64,000 nucleotides of DNA from an uncultured Methanoregulaceae archaeon (GTDB taxonomy: Archaea > Halobacteriota > Methanomicrobia > Methanomicrobiales > Methanospirillaceae), in NCBI GenBank assembly GCA_963737635.1, contig CAVTTL010000001.1, positions 160,001-224,000 of the forward strand, read 5' to 3'. This document shows positions 50,153 to 61,386 of this stretch, one piece after another. Each line of letters begins with the position of its first letter. Positions within the stretch are counted from its first letter, which is position 1. Under the pieces are notes generated by a model, which saw only the letters and a program-made list of their open reading frames with translations, was not told the origin of the DNA and ran no database searches. A program made the position numbers and the translations under genes.

Positions 50153-53100
50153 GTGGTTGAATGTACTGGTGCAAATAACATTGTAAGAGGGAAATTCGTA
50201 AAGAAAATCCTTGAAAATATCCGATCTGTTGCTGATGGTTCAGCTTTCGATAGAGTCCTCGATGAAAAACCATCGAAAAAATTATTTATAGGTAACCTTA
50301 GTCCAAAAAAGAAATTGTCTGAAGTATCGTATATTTACTCAAAAACTGCTCCTTCGTCAGTTGGATTTGATGTTTTACTGTCTAAAAAAAATGCCGAAAA
50401 TGACAAAATTCGAATTAAAGTGAAGATTGCGTTCTATTATAAGGTTTTTCCAACTCGAGAGGAGCAAAAAGAGGTTTTCAAACAGCAGGATGAAGGGATA
50501 TATAGTCGAGATTCTTCCGGAATGGACTTGGAATTTGATGGCGAAAAAAGTGATTCATCTGACTCAGGTTACCGTCTTCGGACCGCATATGTAAAGACTA
50601 AACCAATTGAAATAGAAATTAACAAAAAAATCTCCGATTTAATTAACAAAGATTTGAATGGTTCTGGCCGTTTTCCCGAAGCTGATCGAATCGTCGCAAA
50701 AGCTAAAGAGGTTTTTAATAATGATTCGAATCGCTTCCGTTCTTCGAGAAATTCCGGTTTGAGCAGCGAATCAAGACATAAAGAGCCAAATGTTCCAAGA
50801 ATCGCGTTAGCGACAGCGGAATCCTGGCAAGATTTTATCCAGAAATGGGGGGAAAGAATTCCCGAACCCAAATGGAATGTTCAGATTTCATACAAAATAG
50901 CAGAATTCAATAATGACATCATTAAATTAACACTCATCGTTGAGAATGCACTTGAGGAGAACCAGGAAAAACAAGATATTGAAAATTCATTATTTGAGAC
51001 GGCTCTTTCCGTTGAGCCTATAGGTTTTGCTTTTAAGGACTATGTCCTCGAATATCTCAAAGACGACTATAAATATGACGGCAATATCCACGCTAGTGGA
51101 ATTAACTGTTCTACAGTGAAAGATGGCAATATTATCCGCATTGAACATATGCCGATTTTTATTCAGAAAAAATACAAATCAACCCAGTATGTCGATCCAA
51201 ATTTTAATATCTTATCAATGAATCCTGTACCCCTTTTAAAAACACTTTCTGACTTGATGGTCACAGAAATCAATGATCTTGAACAGAAGTTTAAGCAACG
51301 GATCGATTTAACAGATCAGGCTCGAAACCTCTTTAGAAAGGATATTAACGATTTTAAAGGAGAGGTGAGACGGTTTAATGATGGGATCGCTTGCCTTGAG
51401 AACGACCCTCAAGCGATGGAAGCGTTTTCATTAATGAATAAAGCATTTGCACAATCTAGTAAAGGTTTCTCATCTTGGCGTCTTTTTCAAATTGCATTTA
51501 TCGTAATGGAGATTCCAGATATTTTAACAGCATCTGGCAGAGGAAGTTCGACTACTTTAGGAGATGTCGATTTAATTTACTTCCCCACTGGCGGAGGGAA
51601 AACTGAGGCATATCTGGGTCTTGTGGTATTCACAGTTTTTTTTGATCGATTACGAGGGAAGAAGGAGGGTGTATCCGCAATCACGAGATTCCCTCTTAGA
51701 CTACTTTCACTTCAACAGCTTCAGAGAATTGCTGACATATTCGCAAAGGCAGAGATACTGAGAAGACGGCATCCGATAATTGGTTCAGCTGGATATGCTC
51801 CGTTCAGCACAGGATATTATGTCGGAAAAGATAATACACCGAATGAAGTCTATAAGGCAGGTTACCGAGAGAAAGAAACAATAGATGAAATTACACCGAT
51901 AAACACTGATTTAGATAGACAAGAGATATATAAAATCATTTCAACATGTCCTTTCTGCGGTCACGAATCGATTTCGATTCGAGGAGATCTCCCCTCACTT
52001 CGAATAATCCACCAATGTACTAATCCGAACTGTAAAGAAGAAATTCCCGTCTACATATCCGATCATGAAGTTTATCGGTATTTGCCGACATTCATCATTG
52101 CAACACTGGATAAAATGGCATCTGTTGGGTGGAGTAAAGAATTCAAGACTATTTTTGGTTCTGTATCCGGCAAATGCCCAAAACATGGTTTCTTTACCGG
52201 AGATCATTGTCTATATTGGAAAAAAAGCTATGATAAAGAAGATCCGAATCTATGTCAGATAGAAAAATACATTCCAGTAAAACTGTTTGACCCTGTCCCC
52301 ACTCTTATAATTCAGGATGAAATGCATTTAATACGGGAATCGCTTGGCACATACGATTCTCATTACGAGACGTTCATTGAACATTATACAAAAGAACTCT
52401 CTGGAGGCAAACTTGTAAAAATTATCGGCTCTTCTGCAACAATGACTGAATATTGGGGGCAGATTCGCCAGCTTTATATGAAAAATGGGCATCAATTTCC
52501 CTCAAATCGACATTTTTATGCTTGTGAGGATGATAATGAGACCTCCCGCTTAATCACCGGAATTATGCCCCACAACAAAACGGTAATTTTTGCAGTTTTA
52601 GATCTCATCGAAATGTATTATGAAGCAATCCATGACTTAAAAGAAAATCCCTCAAAAGCCCTCGCTATGAATGTAGGTTTTACGTCGACTGAAGAGGTAA
52701 TCCGAACTCTTAATGATTATGATCTCGGCTTAAGCTATAATTTAGTAAAATTAGAGGGGGATGCAATAAGCCAATCGATTCGGACCATGGTAAACGTTGA
52801 TCTTAAAAAAAGAAATATTCGCGAAATGTGCCCGGTAAAGATGACCGGAGATGTCACATTTCGTGACGTAAAAGACATCCTAAAAACAGTGGAGAGTAAC
52901 AATCCAAACAGTCATCTGGATTTGATTGTTGCCACGAGCATGATATCTCACGGTGTAGATATTGACAAAATGAATTATATGGTGTTCCGAGGCATGCCTA
53001 GAAACACCGCTGAATACATTCAAGCATACAGTCGGGTCGGAAGAAAATACCCTGGAATTATTTTTGTTGTTTTCAATCCAGCACGGGAGCGGGATCAAAG

Positions 53101-53584
53101 TTATTATAAGTATTTCACAAAATACCATGAATTTAAAGATATTCTTGTCGAGCCAGTTCCTTTGAATAGATGGGCAAAATTCGCAGTCAATAGGACTCTA
53201 CCCGGTATTTTCTCAGCCTATATTTTGAATTTTGTGAAAGATGAACATGGAAAAAGCCCATATATGACCAACACTTTTCGCGAGGCGATAGCCTCGCAGA
53301 CAATCACTGTTGATCAGATTACCAAATTTATCCTATCTTGCTATCAATGCAACGATCAAGATATGGGCCCATATTATCAGGATTACATTAGAAACAAGGT
53401 TATAAATTATGTCGACCGAATCCTTGCACATGACGGGAAGCCGGCTTTTATTCCAATGATTATGGCAGAAAAGCCGCTTACGAGCCTTAGAGATATGGAT
53501 ATACCAATTGAAATTTATCCGACGCGCGAAAGCTATCATCCAATGACTATGGTTCATGCACAATATTCACGGAGTGTTGAATAA
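50153..53584 (+). CDS. drmA: DISARM SF2 helicase DrmA
   Basis: FPTGGGKTEAY, PLRLLSLQQ, IIQDEMH, ATSMISHGVDI, YIQAYSRVGR. Confidence 0.9.
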   Translation: MVECTGANNIVRGKFVKKILENIRSVADGSAFDRVLDEKPSKKLFIGNLSPKKKLSEVSYIYSKTAPSSVGFDVLLSKKNAENDKIRIKVKIAFYYKVFPTREEQKEVFKQQDEGIYSRDSSGMDLEFDGEKSDSSDSGYRLRTAYVKTKPIEIEINKKISDLINKDLNGSGRFPEADRIVAKAKEVFNNDSNRFRSSRNSGLSSESRHKEPNVPRIALATAESWQDFIQKWGERIPEPKWNVQISYKIAEFNNDIIKLTLIVENALEENQEKQDIENSLFETALSVEPIGFAFKDYVLEYLKDDYKYDGNIHASGINCSTVKDGNIIRIEHMPIFIQKKYKSTQYVDPNFNILSMNPVPLLKTLSDLMVTEINDLEQKFKQRIDLTDQARNLFRKDINDFKGEVRRFNDGIACLENDPQAMEAFSLMNKAFAQSSKGFSSWRLFQIAFIVMEIPDILTASGRGSSTTLGDVDLIYFPTGGGKTEAYLGLVVFTVFFDRLRGKKEGVSAITRFPLRLLSLQQLQRIADIFAKAEILRRRHPIIGSAGYAPFSTGYYVGKDNTPNEVYKAGYREKETIDEITPINTDLDRQEIYKIISTCPFCGHESISIRGDLPSLRIIHQCTNPNCKEEIPVYISDHEVYRYLPTFIIATLDKMASVGWSKEFKTIFGSVSGKCPKHGFFTGDHCLYWKKSYDKEDPNLCQIEKYIPVKLFDPVPTLIIQDEMHLIRESLGTYDSHYETFIEHYTKELSGGKLVKIIGSSATMTEYWGQIRQLYMKNGHQFPSNRHFYACEDDNETSRLITGIMPHNKTVIFAVLDLIEMYYEAIHDLKENPSKALAMNVGFTSTEEVIRTLNDYDLGLSYNLVKLEGDAISQSIRTMVNVDLKKRNIREMCPVKMTGDVTFRDVKDILKTVESNNPNSHLDLIVATSMISHGVDIDKMNYMVFRGMPRNTAEYIQAYSRVGRKYPGIIFVVFNPARERDQSYYKYFTKYHEFKDILVEPVPLNRWAKFAVNRTLPGIFSAYILNFVKDEHGKSPYMTNTFREAIASQTITVDQITKFILSCYQCNDQDMGPYYQDYIRNKVINYVDRILAHDGKPAFIPMIMAEKPLTSLRDMDIPIEIYPTRESYHPMTMVHAQYSRSVE

Positions 53585-55413
53585 TGAAGCGTGGAAAAAG
53601 TCAGGTCCTTTTTCGATATTTACCTGAATGTATCATAGATCATTCCGATTCACAGGCTATCGTAAAGATCATCTCATGGGATGCCGTTAAATCTGAAACA
53701 ATTAACGAATCGCGATTATCTTCAGAAGTGATTAGGAGACTTGATCGATTCAATAGAAAACATGGCTTTCCTACAACACCTCGTCCGGAATCGTTTGTCT
53801 TTCTTGAGCCAAAGTCGATCGATGTAGAATTATTTCCCCTAACTTTTGTCTGCAATAACTGTGGCAAATCTTATTCTTTTGACAATATTAGCCAATTTAC
53901 ACACCATTTCGGGGCTGCCGGATACCATTGTTCGTGCGGCGGGAATCTGCGACAACTGGATATGATTAATTATCATAAATGTGGAAAAATGTCCGGCCTA
54001 AAAATTCGGCCCTGCCCTACTCACGGCTTTCAGTTTATCCAACTTCAAACTAACAATAGCAGCCGAACCTCAAATTGGAGATGGAGATGTAATATTTGTG
54101 GGCGTGAAACAGGCGATGTATCTGAATGGTGTAGCGAATGCAAGCAACCAATGGAAACTGCCCCTTTCAGAAAAAGTCAGGTATTCTACCCTCATTCAAT
54201 ATCACTGATCAATACTGGAGGGATAGGCAAATTAGTAAACTATAGCGATTCAGATCTGCTAAAACTCTACATCGCGCAATACCTCGGAATGATCTCCAAA
54301 GAAAAATATCTGGAATATCGTGATTCTTCAAAAGATAATGAACGGAAAAAGAACGCCGAGAAAATACGTCAAGAATTGCTCGCGAAGGGTTTTCCGGAAG
54401 CCCTCATTAGCGCCGCCGTTGGGGCGGTTGAAGGTTCAGAGGACCATAAAAAACGCCAAGAAATTATTATGAATATAAACAAAGGTCTTGGCGTTGAGGG
54501 CGATGCTTTGGTGTCTTTAGTTTCATCATTGCAAAGTTTTCAGGATGCAGTAAATCTTCCCGAAACAAAAAATTTAAAAAATGTAATGGATGAAGCAAAA
54601 GTAAGGAATGATCCCAATTATAGACAGATCACTGAATTTCCGAAAGCCTTGGAGATGGCAGGGATAAATGAAGCGTACGTTGTAAGCGACCTTCCAGTAG
54701 TATCAGCTGTTTTTGGCTATTCGCGATCAACGCCAAACCCCGCTGAGTGTACATTGAGAGGATTTAATTTTGACAGGAAATATGAGGATAAAACTCCTAT
54801 TTATGTAAATCCGACGGAAACTGAAGGAATAATAATTGTATTCGATCGATGGAAGATACTCCGTTGGATGCAGGAAAATCAATTTGTATTCGAAATCCCC
54901 GATAAGAATGATGCACAGGGATTGAAGCAATGGTTCTTGCAAAAGATCAGATCTAACGAAATTCCAATTTATGATGAAATTCCTAACGTTCAGGCAGAAA
55001 CCAAAATGGTTTATTCGTTGATTCATACACTATCTCATATACTTATAAAAAACGCTGCGGGACTCGTGGGCATGGATAAGGACTCTCTTGCCGAAATCAT
55101 TTTTCCAACAGTGCCCGCTATTGTAATTTACACCAATAATGCTCATGATTTTCAGATCGGTGGAATGCATACGCTGTTCGAAACTGGAATTATTCCCTGG
55201 ATTAATATGGCATTTGAAAATGTTGAGACCTGCCTTTATGATCCAGTTTGCATTTCTTCAGAAGCATCTTGCCATGCCTGTCTCCATATCAGCGAAATAT
55301 CCTGTGCACATTTCAACAGAGATCTCGGGCGACATTATTTAATTGGGCGAGAAGATGAGCATGGCCGGTTACTAGGCTTTTGGGAGCGCGAATTTCTTAG
55401 AAGGCTGAAATAA
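53584..55413 (+). CDS. drmB: DISARM DrmB (DUF1998)
   Basis: HTLSHILI, CLYDPVC, CHACL..SE.SC..FN..L.R. Confidence 0.9.
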   Translation: MKRGKSQVLFRYLPECIIDHSDSQAIVKIISWDAVKSETINESRLSSEVIRRLDRFNRKHGFPTTPRPESFVFLEPKSIDVELFPLTFVCNNCGKSYSFDNISQFTHHFGAAGYHCSCGGNLRQLDMINYHKCGKMSGLKIRPCPTHGFQFIQLQTNNSSRTSNWRWRCNICGRETGDVSEWCSECKQPMETAPFRKSQVFYPHSISLINTGGIGKLVNYSDSDLLKLYIAQYLGMISKEKYLEYRDSSKDNERKKNAEKIRQELLAKGFPEALISAAVGAVEGSEDHKKRQEIIMNINKGLGVEGDALVSLVSSLQSFQDAVNLPETKNLKNVMDEAKVRNDPNYRQITEFPKALEMAGINEAYVVSDLPVVSAVFGYSRSTPNPAECTLRGFNFDRKYEDKTPIYVNPTETEGIIIVFDRWKILRWMQENQFVFEIPDKNDAQGLKQWFLQKIRSNEIPIYDEIPNVQAETKMVYSLIHTLSHILIKNAAGLVGMDKDSLAEIIFPTVPAIVIYTNNAHDFQIGGMHTLFETGIIPWINMAFENVETCLYDPVCISSEASCHACLHISEISCAHFNRDLGRHYLIGREDEHGRLLGFWEREFLRRLK

Positions 55414-55556
55414 TGGTCTATCTAATAGCCGCCAATATCACAATGCATTGTTTAAAAAATAATTTTGAAATTGACGTTATTCTCAAAGGGGCAATAGTGA
55501 GACCTCTTTCTGGCATTACTGCTCATGTAGGGGCAACTTGGTTCATGTCGATTTAG
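55413..55556 (+). pseudogene. Relic of drmC phospholipase-D nuclease
   Basis: MVYLIAANITMHCLKNNFEIDVILKG resembles the PLD tail YxGSANxT..GL..NxE.G; occupies the drmC position. Confidence 0.6.
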
Positions 55557-55595
55557 ATAAAGAGAAAATCATTTGAAAACAATGGATGAAGGAAC

Positions 55596-56760
55596 ATGGC
55601 TGAATTAAAAAACGGCATCTTAGATATTTTCTGCGGAGCTGGGGGCCTTAAGCTTAGGATTCCTTCTTGAAGGATTTGACGTTGTTTATTCGAGCGATAG
55701 CAATTCGAGGGCAATAGAAACGATAGAATACAATCATAAGAAAATTCATTTAGCTAAAGAGGAGGAGAATTATCATTGTACTGATGTTGAAGATATTAAT
55801 GGGCTCAATCCACGAAAAGTCAGAAAAATATTTCGAGAACGTGGTTATCGTATTCAAGGGATTATAGGTGGGCCGCCGTGTCAAGGCTTCTCAGTAGCAA
55901 ACAAAAAGACACGCACAATAGACAATCCCGCAAATTCCCTCTTCAGACAATATCTGAGATTAATCGGGGATCTGCATCCAGATTTTATTGTATTTGAAAA
56001 TGTTGTTGGCTTTTTATCTATGGCTGACGGGGAATTCAAAGAGACAATACTAACAACTTTACGTGATCTGAACTATGTGGCTGATTGTAGAGTCCTAGAT
56101 TCCCATTGGTATGGTGTTCCTCAAACCCGAAGGCGTGTAATTATCATTGGAATTAAACGTTGCAAAGTGAAAAAAGACTATAAGGAAAAGATCGAATTCC
56201 CAGAGAAAAAAGTAGATTCTGCACCAACTGTTAAAAATGCTTTTTCTGGCCTCCCAAAGATTAAGATGGGAGAGACTTGCGAAATTCAATCCTATAGACC
56301 CGGACGCATGAGTCGCTACGCAAAAGCATTGCGGTCATCCCCGGAAGTGAAGCTTTCATCGGATAATGTATTAAATCATGTTACAACATTAAGTAACAAT
56401 TTGGTTCTTAAACGGTATAAAATTCTGAAGCAAGGACAAAATTGGGAAAATCTTCCTAAAAGACTTCTCAAGAACTATGACGCTGATAATCGCAAGCATT
56501 CATATATCCATTCCTATATCTACAAACGTCTAGAGGAAGATAAACCCAGTATAACTGTGAGCGATTTCCGCAAATGCATGTTCATCCATCCCAGTGAGGA
56601 TCGAGGATTGTCCGTTCGAGAAGCGGCACGACTCCAATCATTTCCTGACTGGTATGAATTTAAAGGTGAATTGGGCAACAAACAGCAGCAGGTTGCCTGT
56701 GCTGTTCCTCCACTAATGGCGAGGGAAATTGCGAAAGCAATAAAGAAGATGCTAAAGTAA
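55596..56760 (+). CDS. drmMII: DNA cytosine-C5 methyltransferase DrmMII (frameshift near 55647)
   Basis: DIFCGAGG, GGPPCQGFS, ENV, PQTRRR, REAARLQSFPD. Confidence 0.88.
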
Positions 56761-56770
56761 TTCCTCTCTT

Positions 56771-57178
56771 ATGACTGACTGTTACCCAAAAGAAGTGAGA
56801 AGCAGAGTGATGTCAAACATCAAATCAAAAAATACCAAACCTGAAGTTTTACTGAGGAAATGCCTTTGGAATCAAGGATATCGAGGCTATAGAATACATA
56901 ACAAGACTCTGCCAGGGAAACCAGATATTGTATTCAAGAAACAGAAAATTGCAATTTTTATCGACGGATGTTTCTGGCATAAATGCCCCTTAGATTTTCA
57001 GACGCCAAAAACTAATACAAAATACTGGATAAGAAAGATTGAAATAAATGTCGAACGGGATAAAAAAGTCAATGAGGAGCTACGAAGGGAGGGTTGGATT
57101 GTCGTCAGGATTTGGGAACATGTAGTAAAGAAGGACCCTCAAAATGCTATTGATAAAATCATTCCATTTTTTGATTGA
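56771..57178 (+). CDS. vsr: Very short patch repair endonuclease
   Basis: RSRVMSNIKSKNTKPE, PGKPD, IDGCFWH, IWEH. Confidence 0.95.
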   Translation: MTDCYPKEVRSRVMSNIKSKNTKPEVLLRKCLWNQGYRGYRIHNKTLPGKPDIVFKKQKIAIFIDGCFWHKCPLDFQTPKTNTKYWIRKIEINVERDKKVNEELRREGWIVVRIWEHVVKKDPQNAIDKIIPFFD

Positions 57179-57301
57179 AGAATACAACTTAAAATTGAAA
57201 CCTACTTAATATTTCAGAATATTGATACCATTCCCAAATATTGAAAAATTGAAATAATTGATTCATATTTTGTAGAATTGAACGAATTCTTGCTCAAAAG
57301 C

Positions 57302-58240
57302 TTATGACTCGTAATCGAATTCAATAATATAAAGCCAACTTTTTTCATATCCTTGAGAAGCTTTTGAATTATATTCCATTGGATATGGGTATATTACTCG
57401 ACATTCAGGATTTTCTAATACAAATAAAAAACAACCCAATGCCATTGGTTTGGTACTTAATGGAGTGTACTGAGATATTATATCGTTTTTTCCGCTCTTT
57501 ATAAATTTGTATTAATTCGTTTCTTGTTTCAAAAGGATCGTTGAAGGGGGCATAGCTGAGATTTTTTACAGTTTGACTCTCTTTTAATATTTCATCATTT
57601 AATAGTAGACAAATATCTTTGAATTCAGGTCGATAGCTTGGAAATCCGTTAATTGGAATCGTTACTTCAGGATTGATTTCATTTGTAACTTCTTTTGCTC
57701 TTTGGCCTTCACCCCCCAATAAAATAATCAATGCGTCGTCCTTTGTAGAATTCTGACACCCAGAAAATGATAGCATATCTTTCGGAGGGGTATTACTTCC
57801 CCGTGTAAAATATGGATCATCATGCTGCTTTTTCTGAATGTCATATGTCTTTGGCTCAGTATAGAGCAAAAATATCTTTTTAATTCTTTTATATACAATA
57901 AGAAATTTCAATAAAATAAAAAAGTAAGGTTTAACCATTACAGAAAAGTCAAGAATTATTGATAATTGATCAAGATCTTTGTACTCTGAATCTATAAATT
58001 CCATAAATGATTCTAATCCAGTAGACTCATCCATCATTTTAACAAATAATTGTTTATCATTTTCATTAAAATCAAAAATTGAGTTAAAATAAGCAATATT
58101 TCGTGATCTTGTTACATTATCTTCAAAAGATTCTTTTCTATCAACTACTTCATTGAAAAAAAAGAGAACTTTCTTTTTCACATTAATATCAGATGATTTT
58201 AATAAATTCCAACCAACTGGACACCGTTCTTCGGAATCCT
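57302..58240 (-). CDS. Uncharacterised two-Rossmann (CARF-like) protein (frameshift near 57470, N-terminus truncated)
   Basis: EERC, LDFSVMVK, LYTEP..Y, LLGGEG.RA, GFPSYRPE; corrected tail TPLSTKPMALG...YPYP..Y...SQG. Confidence 0.55.
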
Positions 58241-60152
58241 GCCTCGCGTATTATAAGATATTGAAAATTTTGGAGATAGAATGTGATTTAAGACATAGAC
58301 ATCTAACAACGGAGATCCTGGCTTTTTCCCTCTCATCGGTTCTTTTTGTTGCAATATCGACCATTGAACTGCTTTATCCAAAACATCTTTTACTTTAGGA
58401 GATAATGTTGTTTTGTCGACGTAAAAATATGTAACTTCAGGTTCGCTAATCCTCGGATCGGAATACCACGAGGAAAAAATTGCTCCCAAAGATTGAGTTA
58501 AGGATTTAATTTCATTACCATATTCTGGAATGTTTTCGATACTCTTGAAAAATTTTTCTGAACGAATATTTGCAGATTTTGTCTGAAGTTCAAAGTCGAT
58601 ACATTTATTCTTAATCACAGAGCCAGAGGCATAAAAAAAATCGTTTTTAAAACTTTGATAACATAATTCAATAAAATTACGAATTAATCCTGATGAAAGT
58701 TGTCCGAATACCTGGAAGCCGGCATATTCTTTTTGTGTTGGGGGATAATAGGAAATTCAGCTGAAATACTAATGCTAATTTATTTTTGCTATAAAGATCA
58801 TCATATGTTTTTATAATTTCCGATTCAGCATTGGAAGGGGAGCCTTTTTTCTGTTTCAAATATGACTGAGTGATTATCTGTAATTCATCGAGTGAATATT
58901 TCCCTCTGATAATTAGAACCATGCTAAGGATATCAATAAGCGGATTATCAATAGAGATCAAATTTTTCAAAATTGTATCTACATTATTCAGATTATCATT
59001 TTTAATCCGAACAGATAAAATTTCGTGTAATTTTACAACATGCTTTTTTTTCTTATACGTATCAAAATCACAACTTGTATCTTTGTTATTTTCTTTTCCA
59101 AATACAATTTTTCGGGCTTCCATCTCTGGAGTTAATTTTCCCAAAATTTTCTCTATATCGTAATTATTACGATTTTTAAATATTTCCCTTTCTTCCAATC
59201 GCTTATCAGCGATAGCTCGAATAAATCGAAAATAATCTTTGTCTGATACAACATCTTCAAAAGAAATTGTTCTAAAATCTGCATCCTCCATTAAAAATTC
59301 ATCTTTATTCATTGTGTCGAAGGTTTTTAAACCGTAAAATCTGCTACCGATAACAAAAGTAACGGGAGGTTGAACATGCTTAATAAGAGTATTGATAATC
59401 AATTGCTGCATTCTCGATGCATTTTCATATTCGTCTAGTAAAATTACGAATTTTTTCCGTTTAAACGAAGGGATAATATTATTAATTATTTTAGGAACGC
59501 CAAATATCAAATACCCAGACGAAAAAATAAATTCGGATTCAAATTTGGGGTTTTTATTAAACGGAGCATTGTTAATAAACTTAAAAACTTTCTTTGACAA
59601 TGACTCTAACTTTTCAATAAGAATTTCGAAGGATGTATCTCCAATATCCGACTCCGATGACTCAAAAATATATTTATCAAGATCGCGAATCAATTTTTTA
59701 ATCGTATTTTCGTCAACATCCAAATATTCATTTGCTTTAAGATTTTCTAGCATTTGGACATATTTTTTACAAATCACTATTTCCATGTAATGTTTAAATA
59801 TAGTCTCCCATTCAGTATCACCAAGGTTTCGTTTTTCAAAGATTGAAAGCGATGGGCCATCAAATCTATTATAAACCCCAATATAATGCAAATTTGCTAG
59901 AAAATCATTTTTTGAAATATTATCAATTTTTGATCTTTTAATTTGAATTTCATTTGACATATATTTAAGAATCATTGTTTTTCCGCAGCCTCTCCCACCC
60001 ATGAAAAATATCGGAGGTGAAGATATCAATTCAGCTCCATTCTGTATCAAATCAGAAAGAGGACCTGGAGTAATCCAAAATCTTATAATTTCGTCATCTT
60101 CCATGAGATTTGCGTTGAAGCCTGCAAACGGATTAACCATTCTTTCTGCCAT
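58199..60152 (-). CDS. ORC/CDC6-like (STAND-related) AAA+ ATPase (frameshift near 58760)
   Basis: NPF..NA, GGRGCGKT, ILLDEYEN; continues YAGF..F..LSSG.IRNFIELC into ORF 58199-58618. Confidence 0.75.
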
Positions 60153-60154
60153 AT

Positions 60155-61039
60155 TTAGCTCCAATACTTTTTTCTTCTTCTAGGAAATATCGGAACCCAA
60201 TCTTTATTACTAGACCAAATAACTGGAAGTGTGTTATTAGGAATGTTATGATGTAATCCTATAAGAAGTTCTGAATTTTTATATCCCAAAGCATACATAT
60301 CTCCCTCTAAAAAAATTCCGATTTTTTGACACGTGATCTGTGCTATTTTCATATCTGATGCTGAATAACCTGATAATATCTTTGTGTCGGGAGAAAATAC
60401 TTTATACTCTTGAGGTATCATCTCGGCATAAATCAACTTACAATTTGCATCAGATGACTGGATTTTTTTTAAACCTAATTCTGTAACTATCAAAGATAAA
60501 TAGTAAATTTGGATTTTTGGAAATTTTGTAAAAATTCCTGCATTTTTCAAGGATTGGTTAAATTTTAATACCGTATCACCAGTACCAATAAAATCATCAA
60601 CAAAAATCAATGTCTGCGCATCTGGTTTGATTTCATCAATTGAATTAATGAAAATATCTAATGGAAGATCATGAATTTGTCTAAACAGATATGCAAAATG
60701 CGCGCTACTATCTCCATTTTTTCCAATAAATTGTATTTTATTTATTGAGTCATTAAAAGATTTTTCGGCGTCTTTAATCGATATCCCCGTTAGTATTTTT
60801 TCTTTTATCATCTGTCGTTTATATTCAGAGAATGCATGTTTGCATAAATATTTAATTTCAGATTCATTATAATAGATAAATCCAAGTAATAAGTCCATTG
60901 CTAATTGTCGAACATTAATATTTTTTTGAGGTTTGAAATTTTTTATCCAGTCTTCAACATCCTGTTTTGAAATACGCCTCTCCCAAACTACTTCGTTGAC
61001 ATCATTGCAATATTGGAAAAATTTTTCTTCGTCGATCAT
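60155..61039 (-). CDS. Phosphoribosyltransferase-fold protein (conflict-system type)
   Basis: PRPP loop IFVDDFIGTGDT; C-terminal LGY...HNIPNNTLPVIW...W.PIFPR. Confidence 0.75.
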   Translation of the reverse strand: MIDEEKFFQYCNDVNEVVWERRISKQDVEDWIKNFKPQKNINVRQLAMDLLLGFIYYNESEIKYLCKHAFSEYKRQMIKEKILTGISIKDAEKSFNDSINKIQFIGKNGDSSAHFAYLFRQIHDLPLDIFINSIDEIKPDAQTLIFVDDFIGTGDTVLKFNQSLKNAGIFTKFPKIQIYYLSLIVTELGLKKIQSSDANCKLIYAEMIPQEYKVFSPDTKILSGYSASDMKIAQITCQKIGIFLEGDMYALGYKNSELLIGLHHNIPNNTLPVIWSSNKDWVPIFPRRRKKYWS

Positions 61040-61386
61040 AAAAATCTATTAAGTTTGTATTCCGTTTGCATCATTTGGATATTTCCATTTTAAAGAATGA
61101 ACTCTCGTATTAATTGTAATTTTTTAAATATAAAATGATTACTTTTTTATTCAAAAAGCAATTCTTCAGGTCGCCGAGTTTTAACTTTATTCTCATACTG
61201 AGATCCACACCCTAAGGAACGATTCAATACTCCCATCTTTCCTTCGTCGTGTAACCTTCTTCCATAAAACTGCTTTAGGATCATCTCCCACCTCTCCGAA
61301 TCGTTCTCACGTCGCCACGCCAGTGTTCATCCCCTGGCCCATCCCGTTTCCATCCAACCAGAATCGCTTCATCGTACCCTTTTCTC

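Larger units (their letters stand above)
47500..61200. other. AT-rich defence island (boundaries approximate)
   Basis: Abrupt shift to AT-rich sequence containing DISARM-like and PRTase/ATPase operons. Confidence 0.8.

Noticed and set aside
5449-60152. Frameshifts in pycB, ECF ATPase, birA, rtcB, secF, drmMII, the ATPase and others as programmed frameshifting or pseudogenisation
   Set aside because: They are scattered single-base indels, often at homopolymers and in essential genes, so long-read consensus error is the best explanation.
47500-61200. Defence island as a self-mobile element
   Set aside because: No integrase or transposase is present, and I found no flanking direct repeats by eye.
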